NCBI GenBank assembly: GCA_022821445.1
Contig: JAJEDQ010000130.1
Coordinates: forward strand, 1 to 62,613
Source of the DNA: Acidimicrobiia bacterium
GTDB taxonomy: Bacteria; Actinomycetota; Acidimicrobiia; Acidimicrobiales; Bin134
Reading direction: 5' to 3'
Length of the DNA: 62,613 bases
The notes beneath the pieces are model-generated. The model was not told the DNA's origin. It searched no databases and saw only the letters and a list, made by a program, of their open reading frames with translations. Each line of letters begins with the position of its first letter. Position 1 is the first letter of the stretch. This document shows positions 36,981 to 45,482 of the stretch, piece after piece. The position numbers were made by a program, and so were the translations under genes.

Positions 36981-37886
36981 ATGGCTACTCGTAATCCTCC
37001 CCACACGTTCCCGCTTGAACGAACCGTGGCTGGCCCCCGACCCGAGATCAGTCCGCCGGTGGCGTTCACCCCTCCGCCGCTAGCGTGCGACGCCCACTGC
37101 CACGTCTTCGGCCCGGCCGCGGCGTTCCCGTTCTCCCCCAACCGTACCTACACGCCGCCCGACTCCGGGATCGACGACTTTCTACGCCTTCAGGACCGTC
37201 TCGGTCTCTCGCGTGCAGTGTTCGTGCAGGCCAGCTGCCACGGCTCGGACAACACTGCGATGGTCGACGCAATCAAGCGTGGTGGGGGGAGATTTGCCGG
37301 TGTGGCGATGATCGATCAGTCGTATACCGACGACGACTTAATCGAGTTGCACGAAAACCGAGTGCGGGGCATCCGATTCAACTTTGTCGCCCATCTCGGC
37401 GGTGCCCCCGACCTCGACGAGTTCTGGGAGCTTGTGTACCGGGTCGCCAAGTTCGATTGGCACATTGTCCTGCACTTCGACGCAAAGGACTTCGCCACAT
37501 ACACCGACGTCCTCGATGCCATACCAGTCCCGTACATCATCGATCACATGGCCCGCGTCCCCGCCGCGCACGGTATCCATCAGGAGCCGTTCCAGCGACT
37601 GCTCGAACGCATCTCCACCGACGATCGCTGCTGGGTGAAGATCAGTTGCGCCGAACGTCTCACAGAAGGACAGGTAGCACCATTCGACGATGTCATTCCA
37701 TTGGCTCGGGCGCTCGTCGAAGCAGCCCCTGATCGACTCCTGTGGGGCACCGACTGGCCCCATCCGAACCTCAATGTCATGCCCGACGAAGGCGAGCTTC
37801 TCGATCTCCTTGCAGCCTTCGCTCCCGACGAATCCGTACGAAACCGCATTCTGGTGGACAATCCCCAGGTGCTGTATACCTTCTAG
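36981..37886 (+). CDS. ligI: 2-pyrone-4,6-dicarboxylate lactonase
   Basis: DAHCHVFGP, VQASCHGSDN, IDHM, WGTDWPHPN. Confidence 0.85.
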   Translation: MATRNPPHTFPLERTVAGPRPEISPPVAFTPPPLACDAHCHVFGPAAAFPFSPNRTYTPPDSGIDDFLRLQDRLGLSRAVFVQASCHGSDNTAMVDAIKRGGGRFAGVAMIDQSYTDDDLIELHENRVRGIRFNFVAHLGGAPDLDEFWELVYRVAKFDWHIVLHFDAKDFATYTDVLDAIPVPYIIDHMARVPAAHGIHQEPFQRLLERISTDDRCWVKISCAERLTEGQVAPFDDVIPLARALVEAAPDRLLWGTDWPHPNLNVMPDEGELLDLLAAFAPDESVRNRILVDNPQVLYTF

Positions 37887-37891
37887 TTGCT

Positions 37892-38530
37892 ATGAGCCGC
37901 GCTGATTCCGTCACCGACACCCTTCGGCAGGCCATCCTGAAGGGCCGATTCGAGCCGGGAGATCGCCTCCTGGAAGTGGCGCTTGCCGAGGAGTACGCGG
38001 TGGGCCGGGCCGCGATTCGGTCTGCGCTCTTGGAGCTGACGTCCGGGGGACTCGTGAAGCGAGAGGCCAACCGTGGCGCGACTGTGCGGCGGATTTCGAT
38101 CGCCGAGGCGATCCAGATCACCGAAGCACGCGCCGTTCTCGAGAGTCTCATCGCCGCCAGGGCGGCCCGCAATGCGTCAGCCGAATGCCACTCAGAACTC
38201 CGCCAGATCATCGCCGAAATGGAAGAAGCTGTCAGCGACGGCCAGAGCCAGGCCTATTCCGAGCTCAATGGACACATGCACTGCCGCCTAAGGGAAATGA
38301 GCGGCCACCATATTGCCTCGCAGCTGGTCGCTAATCTGCGCGATCGCGCCGCCCATCACCAGTACCGGCTCGCATTGATGCCGGGCCGCCCAATCGAGTC
38401 CCTGGAGGAGCATCGGGCAATTGTCGAAGCAGTCGTCGCTGGCGAAGAGGACACGGCTGCGCAGGCAATGCAAAACCACCTCCACTCGGTGATCGACGTG
38501 TTGACACGATGGGGCGACGCTCCCCGCTGA
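37892..38530 (+). CDS. GntR/FCD family transcriptional regulator
   Basis: LRQAILKGRFEPGDRLLE..VGRAAIRSAL, EEHRAIV. Confidence 0.92.
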   Translation: MSRADSVTDTLRQAILKGRFEPGDRLLEVALAEEYAVGRAAIRSALLELTSGGLVKREANRGATVRRISIAEAIQITEARAVLESLIAARAARNASAECHSELRQIIAEMEEAVSDGQSQAYSELNGHMHCRLREMSGHHIASQLVANLRDRAAHHQYRLALMPGRPIESLEEHRAIVEAVVAGEEDTAAQAMQNHLHSVIDVLTRWGDAPR

Positions 38531-38569
38531 AGGCTTGACGTCCTGGTACGGGGCTCAATTTGACGGGGA

Positions 38570-39361
38570 TCAGATGTCGGGGAGATCTGGCAGACCTTCG
38601 GCAAGAACCGATTCGAGAATTTGCATCGTGGCTTGAGTCATAGTGGATGCCACAACGAGTTCGTCGAGGAGGTCGACGGCGGCCGCCATCTCATCGAGAC
38701 GTCGCTTGGCGTGGAGGCCAGTTCCTTCTACGAGACGGCGGATAAACTGCTCGTCGGCATCGGCCAGCTGTCCCATCACGCTCTGCCAGGTCTCGACGGC
38801 GAGATCGGCCTTTCGGGCGCCCCTCAAGGACTCGATCAAAACGGCGGCAACGCCTTTGATCACGACGCTGCGCAGCAGCTTTCGGGTGGCGGCCTCACCC
38901 GGTTCGGTGCCTACGACCTCGACCGTGGCACCGAGAGGGGTGACGGCAGCGAGGAACTCGGCGGCGGCGGGGCCGGAGGCGAGCATCGGCGTGCGCAGGC
39001 CACGATCCGGAACGGTGGTCATAAGTGCGATGTCGGTGAACCGGAGGCTTGCGCCTGCCGCCATAGTTGCGAGCTCTCGTTTCTTTGCCGGTGACGATGT
39101 CGACAAGTCGGCATAGACGGCACCCGTGGGAATCGTGTGGAGGGCTTGGGTCAGCGCGTCCAAAGCATCAGCGCCCGCCGTGATGGCGAGTACGAACTCG
39201 GCGTCGACCACCGCAGACGCAGGATCCGTCACACGCATGACACCGGTTGGCGTGTCAACGTCAGCCGGATCAAATCCGATGACCTCGGCCCTGGCGGCGG
39301 CGAGGTCTCGGCTGATCTCCGATCCCGCTTCGCCTAGGCCGAAGACTGCGATGCGCATCAT
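38570..39361 (-). CDS. NAD(P)-dependent oxidoreductase (6PGD-like N-terminus, DUF1932-type C-terminus)
   Basis: GLGEAG, KLLRSVVIKG, HAKRRLDEM; commonly coupled to ligK. Confidence 0.8.
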   Translation of the reverse strand: MMRIAVFGLGEAGSEISRDLAAARAEVIGFDPADVDTPTGVMRVTDPASAVVDAEFVLAITAGADALDALTQALHTIPTGAVYADLSTSSPAKKRELATMAAGASLRFTDIALMTTVPDRGLRTPMLASGPAAAEFLAAVTPLGATVEVVGTEPGEAATRKLLRSVVIKGVAAVLIESLRGARKADLAVETWQSVMGQLADADEQFIRRLVEGTGLHAKRRLDEMAAAVDLLDELVVASTMTQATMQILESVLAEGLPDLPDI

Positions 39362-40062
39362 TCGAGTGACTCGACCCACTCGACGCCCATAGCGGCGAGC
39401 TCGGCGCGCAGCCCGTAGAAGTCGAGTCCAAGCTCGCCAGCTTCGAGCCTTGCTCGAGTGCCTGCCTCCTTGGCAAGCCGCGCATTCGATTGCTCAAGCG
39501 CCCAGGCCGCTTCTCCGCGAGCTACGACCACAACTCCATCATCGTCGGCGCATATCACATCGCCGGGATGGACGATCTGCTCGCCGATGCGAATCGGTAC
39601 GTTGACCGAACCGGCGGTGTTCTTTACCGTGCCTTGGCAAGAGACATGGCGACTCCAAACGGGGAAGCCCATTTCTCGCAGTTCAGCGGTGTCGCGAACA
39701 CCTGCGTCCGTGACAAGGGCCCGCACGCCCCGGGCCATTACCGACGTGCCGAGTAGATCCCCGAATCCGCCGTGGGTCGACGGTGCGGTGGTGGTGACAA
39801 CCAGGATGTCGCCAGAGCCGCACTGTTCGACGGCAGCGTGGATCATTCCGTTGTCGCCTGGATGACAGAGGACGGTGACTGCGGTGCCGGCGACGCGGGC
39901 ACCAGTCTGTATCGGCGTGATCTCGGCGCCGAAATAACCACGACGGCCGATGGCCTCGTGCACAGTGGCCGTGCCCATCGAGGCAAGGGAGTCAACGGTG
40001 TCGAGCGGCGCTCGCTCGATTGAAGTGACGACGACGTGGCGTGGTCCATGGATATTGGTCAT
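39358..40062 (-). CDS. ligK: 4-carboxy-4-hydroxy-2-oxoadipate aldolase
   Basis: ATVHEAIGR, PGDNGMIH, FGDLL, GVRDT, DDDGVVVV. Confidence 0.9.
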   Translation of the reverse strand: MTNIHGPRHVVVTSIERAPLDTVDSLASMGTATVHEAIGRRGYFGAEITPIQTGARVAGTAVTVLCHPGDNGMIHAAVEQCGSGDILVVTTTAPSTHGGFGDLLGTSVMARGVRALVTDAGVRDTAELREMGFPVWSRHVSCQGTVKNTAGSVNVPIRIGEQIVHPGDVICADDDGVVVVARGEAAWALEQSNARLAKEAGTRARLEAGELGLDFYGLRAELAAMGVEWVESLE

Positions 40063-40063
40063 T

Positions 40064-41065
40064 TCAGGCTCCGAGACGGGGGTAGACGCGGCGAATATTT
40101 GATTCGTAGATCGCCGCCCGATCGGCATCGGTGATGTTCGCAGCGTCGATATAGACCTTTGTGTCATCGAAGTAATTCCCGGTGTCAGGATCGATGCCGC
40201 GCACGGCACCGACCATCTCCGATGCGAATAGGACGTTTTCCATCGGAACGACGTCGACGAGCAGATCGATTCCAGGCTGGTGGTACACGCAGGTATCGAA
40301 CCAGATGTGATCCATGAGCCCGTCGAAGTCCCAGCCTTTGTCTTGGGCAAGGCCTTTGAAGCGACCCCAGTGGTACGGGACAGCGCCTCCGCCGTGGGGT
40401 ATCACCCAGCGCAGTCCGGGGAAGCTACTCATGAACCCGGACGTGAGCGCTTGGACGAATGCTGTTGTATCGGCGCCGAGATAATGGGAACCGGTGGTTA
40501 AGAAGTGCTCATTGCACGATGTGGAGACATGGATCATTCCGGGTACGTCGAGTTCCTGCATGGCCTCCCAAAGGGGCCACCAGTAGCGGTTCCAGAGCGG
40601 CGGCCCGTTCCAGAGGCCACCGGATGGATCGGGATTCACGTTGCAGCCGATGAAGCCCATCTCCTGGACACAGCGGCGCAGCTCATGCACCGACGAGTCG
40701 ATAGCCACTCCGGGTGATTGCGGCAGTTGGCATACTGGGGCGAAATTCTCGGGAAAAAGGTCGCAGCAACGTCGAATCAACTCGTTCTGGTGTTCGGTCC
40801 AGAATAGTGACGTGTATTCGTTGCCCAAATGGTGACCCATCCAACTGGCTCGCGGCGAGAAGATCGTGAGATCGGTGCCCCGCTCCCTCTGGAACTTCAG
40901 CTGGGCGCCCTCGAGCGACTCGCGGATTTGGTCGTCGCTGACATTGATGACCCCTTTCTCTCCCACGTGGAGCGGATCAGCCTCGACTTCAGCAGTTTGA
41001 GCCTTTCGCCACTCGCCAACCGACGGCGGTGTAGTGGTGTAATGGCCATGGCAATCTATGACCAA
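40064..41065 (-). CDS. ligJ: 4-oxalomesaconate hydratase
   Basis: IDCHGHYTT, FSPRAS, HGGGAVPYHWGR, DTCVYHQPG, FASEMVGAVRG; TTG start. Confidence 0.93.
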   Translation of the reverse strand: MVIDCHGHYTTTPPSVGEWRKAQTAEVEADPLHVGEKGVINVSDDQIRESLEGAQLKFQRERGTDLTIFSPRASWMGHHLGNEYTSLFWTEHQNELIRRCCDLFPENFAPVCQLPQSPGVAIDSSVHELRRCVQEMGFIGCNVNPDPSGGLWNGPPLWNRYWWPLWEAMQELDVPGMIHVSTSCNEHFLTTGSHYLGADTTAFVQALTSGFMSSFPGLRWVIPHGGGAVPYHWGRFKGLAQDKGWDFDGLMDHIWFDTCVYHQPGIDLLVDVVPMENVLFASEMVGAVRGIDPDTGNYFDDTKVYIDAANITDADRAAIYESNIRRVYPRLGA

Positions 41066-41077
41066 CGGGCCCCCTGG

Positions 41078-41099
41078 ATTGTCGACAATCGTGTAAACA
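41078..41099. promoter_or_regulatory. GntR-type operator between ligJ and ligA
   Basis: Perfect palindrome ATTGTCGACAAT followed by TGTAAACA. Confidence 0.7.
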
Positions 41100-41155
41100 G
41101 TTTGCCATACTGCGCACGCGCAACAACGGGGCCTACAACTCACCGAGGAGATCCA

Positions 41156-41554
41156 ATGGCTATCGAAAAGCCCTACCTCGACATTCCCGGCACGATCGTC
41201 TTTGATGCCGACCAGGCTCGTCTGGGGTATCACCTCAACCAGTTCGCAATGTCGCTCATGAACGCCGACAACCGCAAGCGGTTCAAAGCCGACGAGGATG
41301 CCTACCTCGACGAGTGGGGTATGACCCACGAGCAGAAGCAAGCAGTTGTCGACCGCGATTTCAACCGTCTCCTCGCCCTTGGTGGCAACATCTACTTCCT
41401 GGCCAAAATCGGTGCGACCGACGGTCTCAGTTACGTCCAGATTGTGTCCTCGATGACCGAGAACGACGCCGACCAGCATGCCGCGATGATGATCGCCGGC
41501 GGTCGGTCGGTTGATGGCAACCGGTATCTGCATGAGTGGGAGGATCGCCCGTGA
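41156..41554 (+). CDS. ligA: Protocatechuate 4,5-dioxygenase alpha subunit
   Basis: KPYLDIPGT, GYHLNQFAMSL, GGNIYFLAK. Confidence 0.95.
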   Translation: MAIEKPYLDIPGTIVFDADQARLGYHLNQFAMSLMNADNRKRFKADEDAYLDEWGMTHEQKQAVVDRDFNRLLALGGNIYFLAKIGATDGLSYVQIVSSMTENDADQHAAMMIAGGRSVDGNRYLHEWEDRP

Positions 41555-42420
41555 GCGCCCGCATCGCTGCGGCCTTGTTCATGTCGCATGTCCCCGCCAT
41601 TGGTGTCGCTTCTGACTTGGGCAAGACCGAGGAGCCCTATTGGAAGCCACTATTCGACGGCATGCAGCCGGCGCGCGACTGGATAGCGGCCAATCCGCCC
41701 GACGTTGTGATCCTGGTGTACAACGACCATGGCAATGCGTTTTCCCTCCAGATGATCCCGACGTTCGCGCTCGGCATGGCCCCGTTCTACGAACCCGCCG
41801 ACGAGGGCTGGGGGCCACGGCCGGTACCCACAGTCGAAGGGCACCCGGCGTTGTCGGCACATATCGCCCAAAGTGTTATCCCAGCCGGTTTTGACCTCAC
41901 CCTCGTCAATGAGATGACCGTTGACCACGGTCTCACCGTTCCGCTCACCATGATGTTTGACAAGCCCGATGCGTGGCCGTGCAAGGTGGTGCCGCTTGCG
42001 GTCAACGTGGTACAGCATCCGACACCCTCTGGGCGACGATGCCTCGAGCTCGGCAAGGCTTTGCGAACCGCCGTCGAGACCTTCGATGACGACATCATCG
42101 TCCAGATCTGGGGGACCGGCGGTATGAGTCACCAACTTCAGGGTGCCCGGGCCGGATTGATCAACGCGGAGTTCGACAATCGATTCATGGACGACATGAT
42201 CAACGACCCCGAAGTCCTCGCCGAAGTGCCGCCGGTCGAGTACTTGCGTGAAGCAGGCAGTGAGGGGATCGAGCTGGTTATGTGGCTGATCGCCCGTGGC
42301 TCCATGTCCGACTTGGCCGGCGGAGGTAGTCCAGGGGAGGTGCATCGCCTGTATCACGTGCCCGCGAGCAACACCGCGGTCGGACAGCTGGTTCTTGAGA
42401 ACGGCACGGTTACTGCGTGA
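41551..42420 (+). CDS. ligB: Protocatechuate 4,5-dioxygenase beta subunit
   Basis: SHVPAIG, YNDH, VDHGLTVPL, GTGGMSHQL, EAGSEGIEL. Confidence 0.95.
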   Translation: MSARIAAALFMSHVPAIGVASDLGKTEEPYWKPLFDGMQPARDWIAANPPDVVILVYNDHGNAFSLQMIPTFALGMAPFYEPADEGWGPRPVPTVEGHPALSAHIAQSVIPAGFDLTLVNEMTVDHGLTVPLTMMFDKPDAWPCKVVPLAVNVVQHPTPSGRRCLELGKALRTAVETFDDDIIVQIWGTGGMSHQLQGARAGLINAEFDNRFMDDMINDPEVLAEVPPVEYLREAGSEGIELVMWLIARGSMSDLAGGGSPGEVHRLYHVPASNTAVGQLVLENGTVTA

Positions 42421-43601
42421 GGAGGCAAGTGGTCATTGTTGGCGGGGGACCGGCCGGATCGCTGCTGCTGCACATCCTTCACAACGCTGGAATCGACGCG
42501 ATCGTCCTAGAACGACAAACCCGCGACTACGTTTTGGGCCGCATCCGCGCTGGTGTGCTCGAGTGGGGCACTGTCGAAGTTCTGCGGGCCAACGGACTTG
42601 GGCGCAACATGGATGCCGAGGGACATGTCCACGACACGATCAACATCGCATGGCGCGGATCCGAACTGCTAACCGTCGACACCAACCTCCAAATGGGCCG
42701 TCAAATGATGGGTTATGGCCAAACCCGCATCCAAAAGGACCTCTACGATGCGAGTGACGCGGTCGGAAGCGAGATCGTCTTTGAAGCGGATGACGTAGCC
42801 ATACACGACATTGAGACAGAAGCGCCATGGGTTACCTACTGCCACAACGGGGTCAACGAACGCATTGACTGCGACTACGTGGTTGGCTGCGACGGTTTCC
42901 ACGGCATCAGCCGCCAAACCATACCGAAGTCGATCCGCACCGAGTACCTCAAGGAATACCCATTCGGCTGGCTGGGCATCCTCGCCGAGACCCCTCCAGT
43001 CCCGTACCTCCTGTACGCCAACCATCATCGCGGCTTCGCCCTTTGCTCCAGCCGCAATCCGATGCTGGCACGCTTCTACGTGCAGTGTGAGCTGACCGAT
43101 TCCGTCGATGACTGGTCAGATGACCGCTTCTACGAGGAGTTAACGGCCCGCCTCCCTGCTGATCAGGTCGCGCTCATCTCGCCAGCTCCATCGATTGAGA
43201 AGTCAATAGCGCCGCTTCGCAGCTATGTAGCGGAGCCGCTACGCCACGGGCGCCTGTTTCTCGCCGGCGACGCCGCCCACATCGTGCCGCCTACTGGGGC
43301 CAAGGGCCTCAATCTGGCGGTGGCCGACGTTCACTATCTGTCGCAAGCGCTGATGGCCGTCTATGCCGGGAACACGTCCGGCATCAACCGCTATTCCGAC
43401 GTGGCATTGCGCCGTGTATGGAGCGCGGTCCGGTTTAGCTTCTGGATGACGAACCTGCTCCATCGGTTCCCCGGCCAAACGGCTTTCGAGCAGCGCACTC
43501 AGGAACAGGAGCTGCGCTACATCTCCAGCTCCCCGGCAGCTCAGCAGTCGCTAGCAGAGCAATACACCGGTCTTCCGTTCGAGACCCTTGGCGCCGACTA
43601 A
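42417..43601 (+). CDS. pobA: 4-hydroxybenzoate 3-monooxygenase
   Basis: YVLGRIRAGVL, GCDGFHG, YPFGWLGIL, GDAAHIVPPTGAKGLNLA. Confidence 0.96.
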   Translation: MRRQVVIVGGGPAGSLLLHILHNAGIDAIVLERQTRDYVLGRIRAGVLEWGTVEVLRANGLGRNMDAEGHVHDTINIAWRGSELLTVDTNLQMGRQMMGYGQTRIQKDLYDASDAVGSEIVFEADDVAIHDIETEAPWVTYCHNGVNERIDCDYVVGCDGFHGISRQTIPKSIRTEYLKEYPFGWLGILAETPPVPYLLYANHHRGFALCSSRNPMLARFYVQCELTDSVDDWSDDRFYEELTARLPADQVALISPAPSIEKSIAPLRSYVAEPLRHGRLFLAGDAAHIVPPTGAKGLNLAVADVHYLSQALMAVYAGNTSGINRYSDVALRRVWSAVRFSFWMTNLLHRFPGQTAFEQRTQEQELRYISSSPAAQQSLAEQYTGLPFETLGAD

Positions 43602-43654
43602 AGCACCGAGACAAGGCAGGCAACTCGGGGCGGTCAGCGGGAAACGAATGCATC

Positions 43655-43701
43655 CAACCAATGAAGTACTTTCGAGGACCATGGCGAGCATGATCCGGCG
43701 G
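43655..43701 (+). repeat. 47-bp direct repeat, copy 1 (Dabb-gene leader and start); copy 2 at 45370-45416
   Basis: 39/47 identity including GAGGACCATGGCGA.CATGATCCG.CGG; copy 2 encodes only MANMIRRTPAG*. Confidence 0.85.
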
Positions 43702-44664
43702 TTTTACATCCTTCCTGTGAATCCCGGGGTTCCCGACGCGACGGTGCAGGAGATGATCGGCGTGCTGGGCGCTGCTGATCGGTTCATTCCGGGTTTGTTG
43801 GACTCCTCGGCCGGCGTTGATTTCGACTCGCGCACGGTGCTGTGGGAGAACACTTTTGTCGACGAGGCGAGCTACTCCGGGCCCTACATGGTGCACCCGT
43901 ACCACATCGGGGCCATCGACAACTACGTCATGCCCGACAGCCCCGAGTGCATCACTGACAACACCTACGCCACGCGCTACACGACGCCCGACGCCACCCA
44001 GAAGGTACGAGGCGGGATCCGCCGGGTGCTGCTGTTGAACGCGAGCACTGAGTCCGACGCGTCGGCGATCGAGGCCCTCGCCGCGCAGCCCCCGGAAATG
44101 GCGGCCTCGGTGTTCGGCGCCGACGACGTGGGGTGGGTGTCGGCCAAGGGTCGGGCTTGGACCCATGTCTGGGAGCAGGCCTTCACCGACATGGCCCAGC
44201 TCAAGCGCCACCTCGCCACGGACGAGGGCATGGCCTGTTCCAGTGTCGAGGGTTTCGCCAGCCTCGGCATCGGCCTGGGTTCGCTGAAGATCTTCACCTG
44301 CCCGTTCGAGCTCTCACCCGCTGAGCACCAGTCGCCGCCCGAGACGCCGCCGGACACCGCTCCCGTGCTGTACACCATCACCGCTCGCACTGCCGCGGCC
44401 GACGCAGACGCCTACGTGGAGCTGCTCGAACGCTGCTATGACCCGTTCATGGCCGAGAACGGCACCACCCTTCTAGAGCGCTGGCGCACCGTCGATCAGG
44501 GCTACCTAGAGGCCGAGGTCCACTCCACCTGGCAGATCGACTCCCTTGCCGCCTACTGCGACCTCCGGGCCAAAACCATTTCCGACCCGCAATGGACCGC
44601 CTACGCCAAAGACGCCATGCCCCTAGTGCAAGGCGGATCACGACGCTTCCACCGAGCGGTTTGA
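43681..44664 (+). CDS. Dabb/stress-responsive alpha-beta barrel protein with NIPSNAP-like C-terminal domain
   Basis: YMVHPYH and WTHVWEQAF barrel motifs; C-terminal YDPFM..WRT..W pattern. Confidence 0.55.
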   Translation: MASMIRRFYILPVNPGVPDATVQEMIGVLGAADRFIPGLLDSSAGVDFDSRTVLWENTFVDEASYSGPYMVHPYHIGAIDNYVMPDSPECITDNTYATRYTTPDATQKVRGGIRRVLLLNASTESDASAIEALAAQPPEMAASVFGADDVGWVSAKGRAWTHVWEQAFTDMAQLKRHLATDEGMACSSVEGFASLGIGLGSLKIFTCPFELSPAEHQSPPETPPDTAPVLYTITARTAAADADAYVELLERCYDPFMAENGTTLLERWRTVDQGYLEAEVHSTWQIDSLAAYCDLRAKTISDPQWTAYAKDAMPLVQGGSRRFHRAV

Positions 44665-44698
44665 ACGCCATTTTCCACGGCGGACAGTTCTTGGGGGT

Positions 44699-45100
44699 TC
44701 AGTTCATTTGAATGTGGTGGACGGTGATGTCGAGGCCGGTTGACCTGGCCAGTCGACCGTCGGCGGTCAACAGTGGGACCCCAGTGGCGCGGGCGGCGGC
44801 GATGTAGAAGGCGTCATAGGCGCTGACGTTGCTGTAGTACTCCCAGGCCGACAAGGCGAGCGTTCGATGCGAGATGCGGTCGATTGGCCAGATGGCGAGA
44901 TCGCCCAGGGCCATCACGGCCCTGTCTTCATCTAGGCGTCCGGTAAGCACGGCGCGGCGCAGTACCGACATCACTTCTGGGTCGAGCAGCTCAGGGGCGG
45001 CCAGTGATGCGTTTTCGACCGTGTCGGCAAGCGTGATCCCTAACGGGGTTCGCAATAGGTACTCGACTGCCACTGAGGCGTCGATCACATAGCCGGTCAT
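44699..45100 (-). CDS. vapC: VapC PIN-domain toxin
   Basis: VIDASV, APELLDPEV, SAYDAFYIAAA, LLTADGRL. Confidence 0.9.
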   Translation of the reverse strand: MTGYVIDASVAVEYLLRTPLGITLADTVENASLAAPELLDPEVMSVLRRAVLTGRLDEDRAVMALGDLAIWPIDRISHRTLALSAWEYYSNVSAYDAFYIAAARATGVPLLTADGRLARSTGLDITVHHIQMN

Positions 45101-45330
45101 TCAAGCTCTGCGTCGCGAGATGCCCGCACCTCGGCGATCAGGGAGGCAACTTCAATCCCGAGGTCTGTGGTCGGGCGAGTGTCAAGGTGCTTGCTCCACT
45201 CCCACCGGGCAAGCTCCCTCTCGATCGCATCCAGCACCGCCGCGCTCATGGTGCAATTCCGCTCCAGGGCATGCTGGCGCAGCCGCTCGTGAAGAACATC
45301 AGGCATGTTCCGAACCTGAAGATTGGCCAT
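45097..45330 (-). CDS. FitA/VapB-like RHH antitoxin
   Basis: MANLQVRNMPDVLHERLRQHA..MS; ATGA-coupled to vapC. Confidence 0.88.
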   Translation of the reverse strand: MANLQVRNMPDVLHERLRQHALERNCTMSAAVLDAIERELARWEWSKHLDTRPTTDLGIEVASLIAEVRASRDAELE

Positions 45331-45331
45331 A

Positions 45332-45358
45332 GCATGACACTAGCATGAAAAATTCATG
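45332..45358. promoter_or_regulatory. Probable TA autorepression operator
   Basis: GCATGA-N5-GCATGA..TTCATG, with CATG cores conserved in the second copy at 46929-46955. Confidence 0.55.
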
Positions 45359-45437
45359 TAACTTACCTTCAACCAATGCCTTATGTTTGAGGACCATGGC
45401 GAACATGATCCGACGGACGCCGGCCGGCTGATGTTCA

Positions 45438-45453
45438 CCACACCTTCCGCCAA
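45438..45453 (+). repeat. attR-like copy of the tRNA-Ser 3' end
   Basis: CCACACCTTCCGCCAA, 15/16 to 8631-8646. Confidence 0.7.
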
Positions 45454-45482
45454 GATCTGGCTTGTCATTGTGAGGAGACAAA

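Larger units (their letters stand above)
8646..45453. mobile_element. Putative genomic island integrated at tRNA-Ser(CGA); no integrase visible
   Basis: CCATACCTTCCGCCAA (8631-8646) recurs as CCACACCTTCCGCCAA (45438-45453); interior looks less GC-rich than the flanks by eye; catabolic cargo plus a TA pair. Confidence 0.7.
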
